NCBI GenBank assembly: GCA_050250895.1
Contig: JBFWNU010000007.1
Location: 192,001 to 256,000 of the forward strand
Direction of reading: 5' to 3'
Source of the DNA: Vulcanimicrobiota bacterium
GTDB lineage: Bacteria; Vulcanimicrobiota; Xenobia; Xenobiales; JADMJV01
Length of the DNA: 64,000 nucleotides
Shown here: positions 46,333 to 54,227 of the stretch, piece by piece
Layout: each line of letters starts with the position of its first letter
Numbering within the stretch: position 1 is the first letter of the stretch
Position numbers and translations under genes: made by a program
Notes under the pieces: generated by a model
Database searches by the model: none
Told to the model about the DNA's origin: nothing
The model's input: the letters and a program-made list of their open reading frames with translations, nothing else

Positions 46333-47232
46333 TTAGTTGTTCGGGCCGATCGGCAGGGCCCTGGGCGAAGGGGGAGAGTAGGGAGACGAACTTCCACCCG
46401 GGATGTTGATCAGGACCTCGACGGTGCCGGTCTGGCCGCTGCCGTTAGGCAGCAGGATCTGGTCTTGCCCCTGGACCAGGGTCGAGTTGACCTCGTTGTG
46501 AAAGAACACGTAGGTGCCCTTCTCGGTGGTCTTCTCGTCAGGCTCGGGGGTCAACTCGGCCGGGATCAGACCATCGTTAGGAGATGGCATGACGGTGACG
46601 CCAGAGTTGCCGATGATGGCGCGCTCGCCGGGCATCAGGATGGTGGGGGGCGAGTTGCCGGTTTGCACACCCACGGTGCCTTCGAACACCTGGCAGATGG
46701 TCTGGGGACCGCCTTGAGCGAGTCCTTCTTCGAAGCCAGGCAGAACGGCCACGGGACCAAGTTTAGCGGCCGTGTCGTCGGTGAGGCCGGTCGGACTGTA
46801 GAGCACTACGTAGTCGGTGCCGCGAGCAGCCAGTACGGCGTTGGGCGTTTGCACTTCAAAGTTGCGCTCGCCGCGCAAGAAGCGCGACAGGCGGGCCCGG
46901 ATGCCACCCTTCTGGTCAGACATCTTGACCCGCATGCGGCCGGTGCGAACATCGAACTCGGTTAGGGTAATGTCGGTCTCGGGACCCATCGCGATAACCG
47001 CGCCGTCGCTGGTCTTCACCTGACCGATCGAGTCTTTGAGCGTGCGAATACGGTCCTGGCCGTCGCGCAGCAGACGATTCGACCAAACGGTGATCCAGCT
47101 GTCAGAATTGGCAAACTTGGTTTGCACTTGACCCTTCACTTTGATGACCAGTTTCCACTCGTCGGCGGCCTGGCCGGCGGTCGCGAAGACCGTAGCTAAT
47201 AGTAAAGCAGCGCATAGAAAGGTTTTTCGCAC
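46333..47232 (-). CDS. Exported FecR-domain protein
   Basis: Signal peptide, D.IRT, SDG..I.MGPET, FEVQTPNAVLAARGT and VFEG.V.V. Confidence 0.85.
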   Translation of the reverse strand: MRKTFLCAALLLATVFATAGQAADEWKLVIKVKGQVQTKFANSDSWITVWSNRLLRDGQDRIRTLKDSIGQVKTSDGAVIAMGPETDITLTEFDVRTGRMRVKMSDQKGGIRARLSRFLRGERNFEVQTPNAVLAARGTDYVVLYSPTGLTDDTAAKLGPVAVLPGFEEGLAQGGPQTICQVFEGTVGVQTGNSPPTILMPGERAIIGNSGVTVMPSPNDGLIPAELTPEPDEKTTEKGTYVFFHNEVNSTLVQGQDQILLPNGSGQTGTVEVLINIPGGSSSPYSPPSPRALPIGPNN

Positions 47233-47359
47233 TGTCAGACTCCCCTCGCAAGCGGCGTGAAACCGCAGTTTGATCGGTATACGGCAGTTGGCCGGAGTGT
47301 TCCTTTTTGGGAGGGGACAAACGTGGCGCTCCAGCGTTAAGAAAAGAGGCCTGAAATGC

Positions 47360-47383
47360 GGAAAGGACCTTTCGGTCCCTTCC
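47360..47383 (-). terminator. Hairpin terminator after the lexA-like gene
   Basis: Minus strand GGAAGGGACC-GAAA-GGTCCTTTCC. Confidence 0.6.
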
Positions 47384-47397
47384 TTTTCAATATCGCT

Positions 47398-47985
47398 TTA
47401 GCCGTTGGGGAGTTTGCGAATCACTCCGACCACCCGTCCCAATATGCGGGGGTCTCGCTCTCCAGCCGGGGGGCGATTTCCATTCGAGTCTATCCTTTGT
47501 AGGATGACCGATTCTCCGTCGCGACGCAGGACCATATCCCCCTCCGCAATTTCCAGGTTGCGGTTGACGATTACCAGATCGCCAGGAACGATGGCCTCCT
47601 GTCTATATGTTTCTTCGACAGGGAAGAGGAAAGACTCTTTGCTGCCCGCTAGTTCGAGTGGCAAAGAGATGGTTTTTTGGGGAGAATGATTCTCCCCAGC
47701 AGTGGGTGCCCCCACTGGCAGGTCCACAAGACGCGCCCTTGAGCCCTTAGGCCCGTCCAGAAGCTCAATGCTTCTGGGCTTGGACGGGTTTCTGCGTAAG
47801 TACCCTTTGGTCTCGAGACTTCGTAAGTGACTGTGAACAGTTGAACTTGACGAAAGCCCCACCGCTTCGCCGATCTCTCGAATCGAAGGCGGAAAACCTC
47901 TGGCCTCCACGGATTCGCGTATGAACTCCAGGATCTGCTGTTGCCTTCGGCTTAAGCGAGATTTACTCTGAGTAGATCCTGGCAT
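47398..47985 (-). CDS. lexA: LexA-family repressor with a degenerate S24 peptidase domain
   Basis: DNA-binding domain GFPPSIREIGEAVGLSSSSTVHSHL..LE.KGYLRR.P.KPR. The C-domain lacks the GDSM Ser and the TxK Lys. RBS AGGAGG before ATG 47985. Confidence 0.85.
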   Translation of the reverse strand: MPGSTQSKSRLSRRQQQILEFIRESVEARGFPPSIREIGEAVGLSSSSTVHSHLRSLETKGYLRRNPSKPRSIELLDGPKGSRARLVDLPVGAPTAGENHSPQKTISLPLELAGSKESFLFPVEETYRQEAIVPGDLVIVNRNLEIAEGDMVLRRDGESVILQRIDSNGNRPPAGERDPRILGRVVGVIRKLPNG

Positions 47986-48026
47986 TACGCAGTTATCCTC
48001 CTGTGATAATGGGCTGCAGTTCCCGA

Positions 48027-48083
48027 AGTATATCATGGTGACCTGCCGCCACGCAACGAAAAAAATGGGCGAAAATCCGTTCC
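48027..48083 (-). promoter_or_regulatory. Putative lexA promoter (TTGCGT-N18-TATACT) with an adjacent imperfect SOS box
   Basis: Minus-strand -35/-10 pair. CGAAA-ATCC-GTTCC at 48070-48083 has 1 mismatch to GAAC-N4-GTTC. Confidence 0.45.
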
Positions 48084-48213
48084 TTTTTTGGCTTCGACGT
48101 TACCTAAAGAGTGTCTTTTTATACTGATAGTTAGCAGGTAGGGGCGGATCGGTGCGGCCCGGAAAGCCTCCTATAAGGGCATAGTAAGGGGGTTGTGGTA
48201 ACGTATTGGTCGG

Positions 48214-48234
48214 AAAAAAAATACCGTTGGTATT
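48214..48234 (-). terminator. Weak terminator after the sigma factor gene
   Basis: Minus strand AATACC-AAC-GGTATT followed by a T run. Confidence 0.45.
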
Positions 48235-49051
48235 ATCGCGTTTTTTTGCCGCGCTTCTTGCCTGTGCCAGACTCGCGGTGCTGGCTGAGGGCCTCCCGCA
48301 TGGTGTCCAGTGAGCGGGCCTGCAGGCGCGAGACATGCATCTGCGAGATGTTGAGAACCCGGGCAACCTCACTTTGAGAGCGGTTCTCGAAAAAGCGTAG
48401 GTACATCAGCAAGCGCTCCCGGGGCGGTAGGCAAGAGAAGGCTCGATGGAGAGCGAGGCGGTCCTCGACTTGCTCGAGCTGGAAGTCGGAGCGACCCAGA
48501 TAGTCAAGCAGGCTCGAGGTTTTACGGCTATCGTCGGCGTCGAGTTCGCTGTCGATTGACAAAAGGTTGTAGGACTGGCCCAACTCCTGGGCCTCGAGCA
48601 CGTCTTCGGCGGTGACGTCGAGCTTCTTGGCGATCTCGTCGGCGGTAGGCACTCTGCCCAGCGACGAGGTAAGCTCTTCCGTGGTTTTGGCTACCGACGC
48701 ATTGAACTCTTGCAGGCGACGGGGAACCTTGATGGCCCAGCCCTTATCCCGAAAGTGGCGCTTGATTTCCCCAACGATAGTGGGGGTCGCGTAGGTGGTG
48801 AACTCGGTCCCGCGGTCGGGATCGAACCGCTCGATGGCCTTGATCAAGCCAAGGCAGCCCACCTGGATGAGGTCTTCGAGGTTCTCGCCTCGATTGCCAA
48901 ACTTGCCCGCCAGATAGCGAACCAGGTTGAGATGCTGGGTTACCAGTTCGTCTTTGACGGCGGGGTCGCGATGGCGGGAATACTCGGCCAGCAGGCGCCG
49001 GGCACGCTCTCGGTCCCAGCGACCTCCGCTGCTATTCTCAGCCATTGTCAT
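48233..49051 (-). CDS. SigB/SigF-family RNA polymerase sigma factor
   Basis: EDLIQVG..GLIKAIERFDP.RG.EF.TYA.PTI.GEIKRHFRD and SQ.EVA..L.ISQMHVSRL. Confidence 0.93.
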   Translation of the reverse strand: MTMAENSSGGRWDRERARRLLAEYSRHRDPAVKDELVTQHLNLVRYLAGKFGNRGENLEDLIQVGCLGLIKAIERFDPDRGTEFTTYATPTIVGEIKRHFRDKGWAIKVPRRLQEFNASVAKTTEELTSSLGRVPTADEIAKKLDVTAEDVLEAQELGQSYNLLSIDSELDADDSRKTSSLLDYLGRSDFQLEQVEDRLALHRAFSCLPPRERLLMYLRFFENRSQSEVARVLNISQMHVSRLQARSLDTMREALSQHRESGTGKKRGKKTR

Positions 49052-49430
49052 TCCTATGGAAATACTTGACCATGCGGAGGCCGATGGCCGAATCGAGTTC
49101 GCTCACTTCATCCATCAGGGCATGAATGAGGAATAAGCCGATCTCGGACCATTCGGCTTCGCCCGAGGCCTCGGTCACCGTCTCGCAATGGACAGTGACC
49201 ACTAGCGACTCGACGCCAATGGACCAGTCGACACAGATCGGCGATTCAGGACCCGCTCGCTCGAGAAGACGAGCGCAGGCTTCGGTGACCGCCAACTTGA
49301 GGTCGTCTGCCTCTTCGACATTGAGTTCAAGGCGGTGGGCGATGCCTGCGGCCGCCAGCCGCACGACCCCCACATACTCGGGCTGGCTGGGAATAGAAAG
49401 CCGTATTTCCGAAGTTTGAGAGTCGTTCAC
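49038..49430 (-). CDS. RsbW/SpoIIAB-like anti-sigma factor (ATP-binding boxes degenerate)
   Basis: IPSQPEYVGVVRL, DLKLAVTEAC and GLFLIHALMDEV. It lies between the STAS and sigma genes. Confidence 0.85.
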   Translation of the reverse strand: MNDSQTSEIRLSIPSQPEYVGVVRLAAAGIAHRLELNVEEADDLKLAVTEACARLLERAGPESPICVDWSIGVESLVVTVHCETVTEASGEAEWSEIGLFLIHALMDEVSELDSAIGLRMVKYFHRNDNG

Positions 49431-49435
49431 AGAGC

Positions 49436-49789
49436 CTAGCCGGCCGGGGCCAGAACTTTGACGGCCTCTTCTTCGTCTTTGAAGATCTCAAAGATCTTGA
49501 CGAGGCCGGTAATGTTGAAAATCCGCTCGATCTGGCGGTTGGTGCAGATCAGCAGGATCCGACCGCTGTGCTCGCGGACTTTCTTCAGTGCGCCGATCAA
49601 CACGCCCAAGCCGGTGCTGTCGATGTAGCGAACGCCTTCGAGGTTGATCACCAGATGGTAGTGACCTTTCTCGATCAGTTCGTTGATGGTCTCTTTCACC
49701 CGGGGCGAGGTGTAGACGTCGATCTCACCCTGGACCTCAACGGCCTGAGCGTTGCCAGCGATCTCACGGGTGTTCACTTTGATGTCCAA
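49436..49789 (-). CDS. RsbV/SpoIIAA-like anti-anti-sigma factor (STAS)
   Basis: GEIDVYTSP, YIDSTGLGVL (phospho-Ser) and ITGL. RBS GGAGG before TTG. Confidence 0.92.
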   Translation of the reverse strand: MDIKVNTREIAGNAQAVEVQGEIDVYTSPRVKETINELIEKGHYHLVINLEGVRYIDSTGLGVLIGALKKVREHSGRILLICTNRQIERIFNITGLVKIFEIFKDEEEAVKVLAPAG

Positions 49790-49840
49790 AATGTTCCTCC
49801 AGTATGTAGGTAAGCAGGGTGCCTTCAGGCCTTAAATAGG

Positions 49841-49868
49841 AGAAAAAAGGGAGGATCCCTTTCTTCTC
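49841..49868 (-). terminator. Hairpin/terminator between the ytxH-like gene and rsbV
   Basis: AGAAAAAAGGGA-GGA-TCCCTTTCTTCT imperfect inverted repeat. Confidence 0.5.
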
Positions 49869-49894
49869 TTTTGGAGTTAGTGGAGTCTTCCGAC

Positions 49895-50185
49895 TTAGCT
49901 GGATTCAGCCTCGTCGCGTTCCGCCTCTGACTCCGAGTCGGTCGCCACGCGATCGCGCTTCTGGTCATACATGGCCTTCCCGCGCTCGAGCAGTTCTTCG
50001 TAGTCTTCTTTGAGATCCTGAGCGAAGTCGGATGCTCGTTCTTTGTAGTCTTTGGCCTTGTCACGAATCATCTCGCGAGTTTGGTCACCCGACTGTGGGG
50101 CTAGAATAATCGCGACCGATGCGCCGACCAGGCTACCGACCAGGAGACCGAAAAGAAATCCGAGTCCTTCTCTGCGATTGTCCAT
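49895..50185 (-). CDS. YtxH-domain protein
   Basis: FLFGLLVGSLVGASVAIILAPQSG..TRE.I signature. Confidence 0.88.
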   Translation of the reverse strand: MDNRREGLGFLFGLLVGSLVGASVAIILAPQSGDQTREMIRDKAKDYKERASDFAQDLKEDYEELLERGKAMYDQKRDRVATDSESEAERDEAESS

Positions 50186-50296
50186 TTTTGCACCCCCTTT
50201 CATGAGCCTGAACCGGTAAGAGAGTGAAGCAAACGCCCATCTCTAGCGGCCGCTACGGCTTCGACTGCGGTGGGTTGATTCCTTCTCGCCCGCTAC

Positions 50297-51544
50297 CTAC
50301 TCGCCTCGTAGGGCCACGGCTGGATTCAGTCGCGCCGCTGCTCGAGCTGGCCATAGCCCCGAGGCCAGGCTGATTCCCAGGCTAAAGCCAAGTCCCAAGA
50401 GCAGGGCCGGTAGCGAGACGGCAAAGATGGTCTGATCTCCAAGCAAGCCCTGAGGTAGCCAGGAGGTGGCCAGAAGGTTGACCGCCCAGCCCAAAAAGCA
50501 ACCGGCCACCATCCCCACCATTCCACCCGCCAGGCCTAAAGCTGCTGCCCGTCCCAGGTAGATGACCAGGATGTCCGAGCGGGTGGCGCCCAGGGCACGA
50601 TAGAGACCGATGAAGGGTGACTCTTCCCGCACTTGCAGGCTCAATCCTGAGGAGAGCCCCACTCCGGCCACCACCAGGATGGATAGACAGAAGAGCAACA
50701 CCGCCAACCTTGCATAGACCAGAGCCTCGGAAATTTTCTGGGCCGTCTCGAAGCCCGGGGTTTTCAGCCCCAGCTCGTGCACGGCCAACACCACCTCGCC
50801 CATCCGCTCGGGGGGGTCGACCCGCAGAGTCAGCGAGTGAATCTGTGGCTCTTTGGTGGTCCATTCGCGCAGATTCTCCAGGGGCACCGCGGGGCCGCCC
50901 ACCCCGATCTGGTCGCTCACGCCCACGATCACGCAGCGACGCTCCAGGAAAGGTCCGGGGTTGAAGCTGGAGGTCCCGAGCCGGAGCGTGAAGTGCCGTC
51001 CTAACACGGCTTCGGGACTCAAGTTGGGTAACTTGGTGTTGACCGAGATCCCGGCGTTGACGATGTCGAGCACCGCTCGCGGGACCACGGCCGGTACCGC
51101 CTCCTCAGGGCCCACCGGCTCGAACGAGCGCCCCTGGGCAAGTTCGGGGGCGACTTGACCGGGGTCGACGCCTTCTAAGACCAGATCGGTGACCAGGCGC
51201 TGGCCGCCATATTCGGCAAAGAGTTGGCACGGCTCGGGAAAGCGCGCCTGCCGAAAGACCTCGACCACGCCTGGAATGGCTTCCAGCTTGGCGATGGTCT
51301 CGGGGCCCATCTGATTGGACAGGGCCACCGGTCCCATGGTGAAAGCCGACATCTGAACCCGCACCCGGTCGGGCAGGCTGCCCAGCACCCTCTCTCTGAT
51401 CAACACTTCGCTCTGGGCGGCCAGGCCCAGGAGAAGGACGAGGCAGGCCACCCCGAGCGCCAGCCCGGCGGCCAGTGGCCAGGCTCGCCAGGGCGAGGCT
51501 CCCGCTTCACCCAATCCTAGTCTTAGCAGGCGCCACAGCTTCAT
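50297..51544 (-). CDS. ABC transporter permease (MacB/FtsX-type)
   Basis: TM, large extracytoplasmic domain, IGLYRALGAT, then PARAAARLNP..ALR.E. Confidence 0.9.
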   Translation of the reverse strand: MKLWRLLRLGLGEAGASPWRAWPLAAGLALGVACLVLLLGLAAQSEVLIRERVLGSLPDRVRVQMSAFTMGPVALSNQMGPETIAKLEAIPGVVEVFRQARFPEPCQLFAEYGGQRLVTDLVLEGVDPGQVAPELAQGRSFEPVGPEEAVPAVVPRAVLDIVNAGISVNTKLPNLSPEAVLGRHFTLRLGTSSFNPGPFLERRCVIVGVSDQIGVGGPAVPLENLREWTTKEPQIHSLTLRVDPPERMGEVVLAVHELGLKTPGFETAQKISEALVYARLAVLLFCLSILVVAGVGLSSGLSLQVREESPFIGLYRALGATRSDILVIYLGRAAALGLAGGMVGMVAGCFLGWAVNLLATSWLPQGLLGDQTIFAVSLPALLLGLGFSLGISLASGLWPARAAARLNPAVALRGE

Positions 51545-52197
51545 TTGACCCGACCGCCTTCGACCTTGAGCACGCGGGTCGCCCGCTCGGTAATGACACT
51601 ATCATGAGTCGCGCTCACCACCGTCACGCCAGCCTCGGCGGCGCGAGCCAGGGCGTCGGCCACCAACGAGGCGCTCTGCTCGTCGAGGGAGCCGACTGGT
51701 TCATCGGCCAGGATCACCTTGGGCTGATTGACCATGGCTCGGGCCACCGCCACGCGCTGGCGCTGCCCGCCCGAGAGACGTCCTACCGGTCGGTGCTCGA
51801 GTCCGGCCAGGCCGAGTTCTTCGAGCAGTTGGCGACCGCGGCGGATCCCTTCGCTCATGCTTTGCGAGCCGAAATAGAGGGGCACGGTCACGTTTTGCAG
51901 AGCGGTTCGGTTGGGATGCAGATGAAAGCTTTGAAAGATGAAGCCTATCTTCTGATTGCGATAGACGGAAAGCTGATTGTCGTCGAGCGTTCCCAGGTCT
52001 TGCCCGTCGACCTCCAGCGTGCCCGCAGTGGGGGTGTCGAGGCCTCCGATCAGGTTGAGCAAGCTTGTCTTGCCGGCGCCCGAGGGCCCCACCAGAGCCA
52101 CGAATTCGCCGCGCTCGATGCTCAAAGTGATATCCGAGAGGACTTTGACGGTTTCGTGCCCGGGATACTCTAGCCCCACCTGATGGAGTTCAATCAT
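51541..52197 (-). CDS. ABC transporter ATP-binding protein (LolD/MacB-type)
   Basis: GPSGAGKT, IGFIFQSF, LSGGQRQR, ILADEP and THD. Confidence 0.93.
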   Translation of the reverse strand: MIELHQVGLEYPGHETVKVLSDITLSIERGEFVALVGPSGAGKTSLLNLIGGLDTPTAGTLEVDGQDLGTLDDNQLSVYRNQKIGFIFQSFHLHPNRTALQNVTVPLYFGSQSMSEGIRRGRQLLEELGLAGLEHRPVGRLSGGQRQRVAVARAMVNQPKVILADEPVGSLDEQSASLVADALARAAEAGVTVVSATHDSVITERATRVLKVEGGRVK

Positions 52198-53270
52198 CCA
52201 CCGGTCCAGAGATAGAGAAAGCGGGGCGAGTCCTTGGAGAACATCTCCAGCAATTCCGAGCCCGGCGGATTGGAGCGCAGGCTGAGCAGTTCGCTCAGGG
52301 TCGGAGACCGCTTGTAGAGCACGACTTTGGCGTCGGGAGACTTGGCCAGTTCCCGAGCCACTTTGTAGGCATCCTGGCGATAGCCGATGCTATCGACGAG
52401 CTTTTGCTCGAGCGCCTGGGGGCCGGTGAAAACGCGACCATCGGCCAGGTCTTTGACCTGCTCGGGGGTGAGTTTGCCCTGGCGGCCTTCGGCCACCACG
52501 GTGGTGAAGCGGCTCCACATCTCGGTGATCAGGCCCTGCAGCAGTTTGCGCTCGGGGTCGGTCATCGGTCGATAGGGGCTGCCGATGTCTTTGAAGGATT
52601 CTTTGCCCTCGGAATTGAGCGACTTGATGGTGTTGACTTTGACGCCAAGCTTGGTCATTGCGTCATGAAAGTTGTAGAACTGCGAGATGACGCCGATCGA
52701 GCCGGTGATACTGGTCTCGTGAGCCACGATATGGTCGCTGGCCATCGCCACGTAATAGCCGCCCGAGGCAGCCACGTCGCCAAACATACTCACGATCGGC
52801 AACTTCTCTTTTGCCTTGAACAACTTGATCTCGTGAAAAATTCGGTCGCTGGCCGTCACCCCGCCGCCAGGGCTGTCGATATCCAGGATGACCGCTTTGA
52901 TGCTGTCGTCTTCGGCTGCCTTCTTGAGCATGGCGATGACCTTGCTGACACTACCAGGGCCGGTGCCCATGGTTTCCATGATGACGCCATGGATGGGAAT
53001 GACCACAATTTTGTCGGTGGCGTCTTTCTTGCCGTCGATCAGCGTCTCTTCCAGAAGACCGATCTCGCTGGCGCCCACCGAGGCCCCGGCGGCCCCGACC
53101 AATCCGAGGAACAGGAAGAAGTTGAACACCAGGCTGAGCAACAGGGCACAGCCGACGGCCACCAACCAGATGGGGCTGACCTTGCCGCTGGTGGGCTCTG
53201 GTCTGGGTCGGGGCGGGGGAGGAGGCGGCGGGGGAGTCGCCAGGGGGGCTGGGGTTTGCTCTTGATCCAT
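52194..53270 (-). CDS. sppA: Signal peptide peptidase SppA (S49)
   Basis: IDSPGG, AASGGYY, TGSIGV, FKD and ADGRVFTG.QA. Confidence 0.93.
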   Translation of the reverse strand: MDQEQTPAPLATPPPPPPPPRPRPEPTSGKVSPIWLVAVGCALLLSLVFNFFLFLGLVGAAGASVGASEIGLLEETLIDGKKDATDKIVVIPIHGVIMETMGTGPGSVSKVIAMLKKAAEDDSIKAVILDIDSPGGGVTASDRIFHEIKLFKAKEKLPIVSMFGDVAASGGYYVAMASDHIVAHETSITGSIGVISQFYNFHDAMTKLGVKVNTIKSLNSEGKESFKDIGSPYRPMTDPERKLLQGLITEMWSRFTTVVAEGRQGKLTPEQVKDLADGRVFTGPQALEQKLVDSIGYRQDAYKVARELAKSPDAKVVLYKRSPTLSELLSLRSNPPGSELLEMFSKDSPRFLYLWTGG

Positions 53271-54182
53271 TTATCCTCGAAACAGGGCGGTCAGGAAGAA
53301 CAGGAGATTGGCTGGCCGTTCGGCCAATCTCCGCATGAAATAGGGATACCATTCCGTGCCGTAGGGTACATAGACGCGGACGTTATAACCCTCACGCAGT
53401 AGTTCTAACTGCCTTTCCCGGCGGATGCCGTACAGCATCTGAAACTCGAAAGCCTCGGCCGGGATGTTTCTCTCCTTCACATAGTCTAGGGTGGCGGCGA
53501 TCATCGCTTCGTCGTGAGTGGCGATGCCCGGGTACTTACCCTCGTCCAAAAGCAGCTTCATAGCACTGATGAATGAGCGGTTGACCTGCTCGCGCGACTG
53601 GTGGGCGATATCGCCCTTTTCGTTGTAGGCGCCCTTGCACAGTCGCACCTGACCGCCGCAGGCGTTGGCCCGGCGCACATCATCCAGGCAGCGAAATAGA
53701 TAAGACTGAATCACGATGCCGACATTATCGAATTGCGCTCGCGCCTGTTCGAACACCTCCATGGTGCGCTCGGTATACTCCGATCCCTCCATATCGATGC
53801 GCACGAAGATGTTGGCCTGTCTGGCTTGCTCCAGGATCGTGAACAGGTTGGAAAGACACACATCCACACCCAGATCAAGCCCGAGTTGGGTTAGTTTGAG
53901 GCTGACATTGCCGGTCAAATTGGTGGCCACCAGCGCCTCGACGATGCGAGCATAGTCGGCTGCCGCCCGGGCCGCGCCCTCCGGTGAGTCGACATTTTCT
54001 CCCAACAGGTCGAGACTGACCAGCAGGCCCTGACCCCGCAGTTCGCGAGCGGTGGCCAGAGCATCGCTCAAGGTCTCTCCGGCCACAAAGCGACGAGCGA
54101 CCCGCTTGGCCAGCGGAAAAGACACGACAAACCGTTTAAGCAGCGAGCTCGAAGCTAGTTTGAGCAGCAACTGTCTTAGCAT
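53271..54182 (-). CDS. Monofunctional proline dehydrogenase
   Basis: RFVAGE, SLKLTQLG, IDME, RLCKGAY.E, IATHD, EFQMLYGIR and YVPYG..WYPYFMRRLAERPAN. Confidence 0.95.
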   Translation of the reverse strand: MLRQLLLKLASSSLLKRFVVSFPLAKRVARRFVAGETLSDALATARELRGQGLLVSLDLLGENVDSPEGAARAAADYARIVEALVATNLTGNVSLKLTQLGLDLGVDVCLSNLFTILEQARQANIFVRIDMEGSEYTERTMEVFEQARAQFDNVGIVIQSYLFRCLDDVRRANACGGQVRLCKGAYNEKGDIAHQSREQVNRSFISAMKLLLDEGKYPGIATHDEAMIAATLDYVKERNIPAEAFEFQMLYGIRRERQLELLREGYNVRVYVPYGTEWYPYFMRRLAERPANLLFFLTALFRG

Positions 54183-54227
54183 AGGCTACCTTGTTCCCTG
54201 CCCATTAGGGGTCGAAACGGGCCGGCC

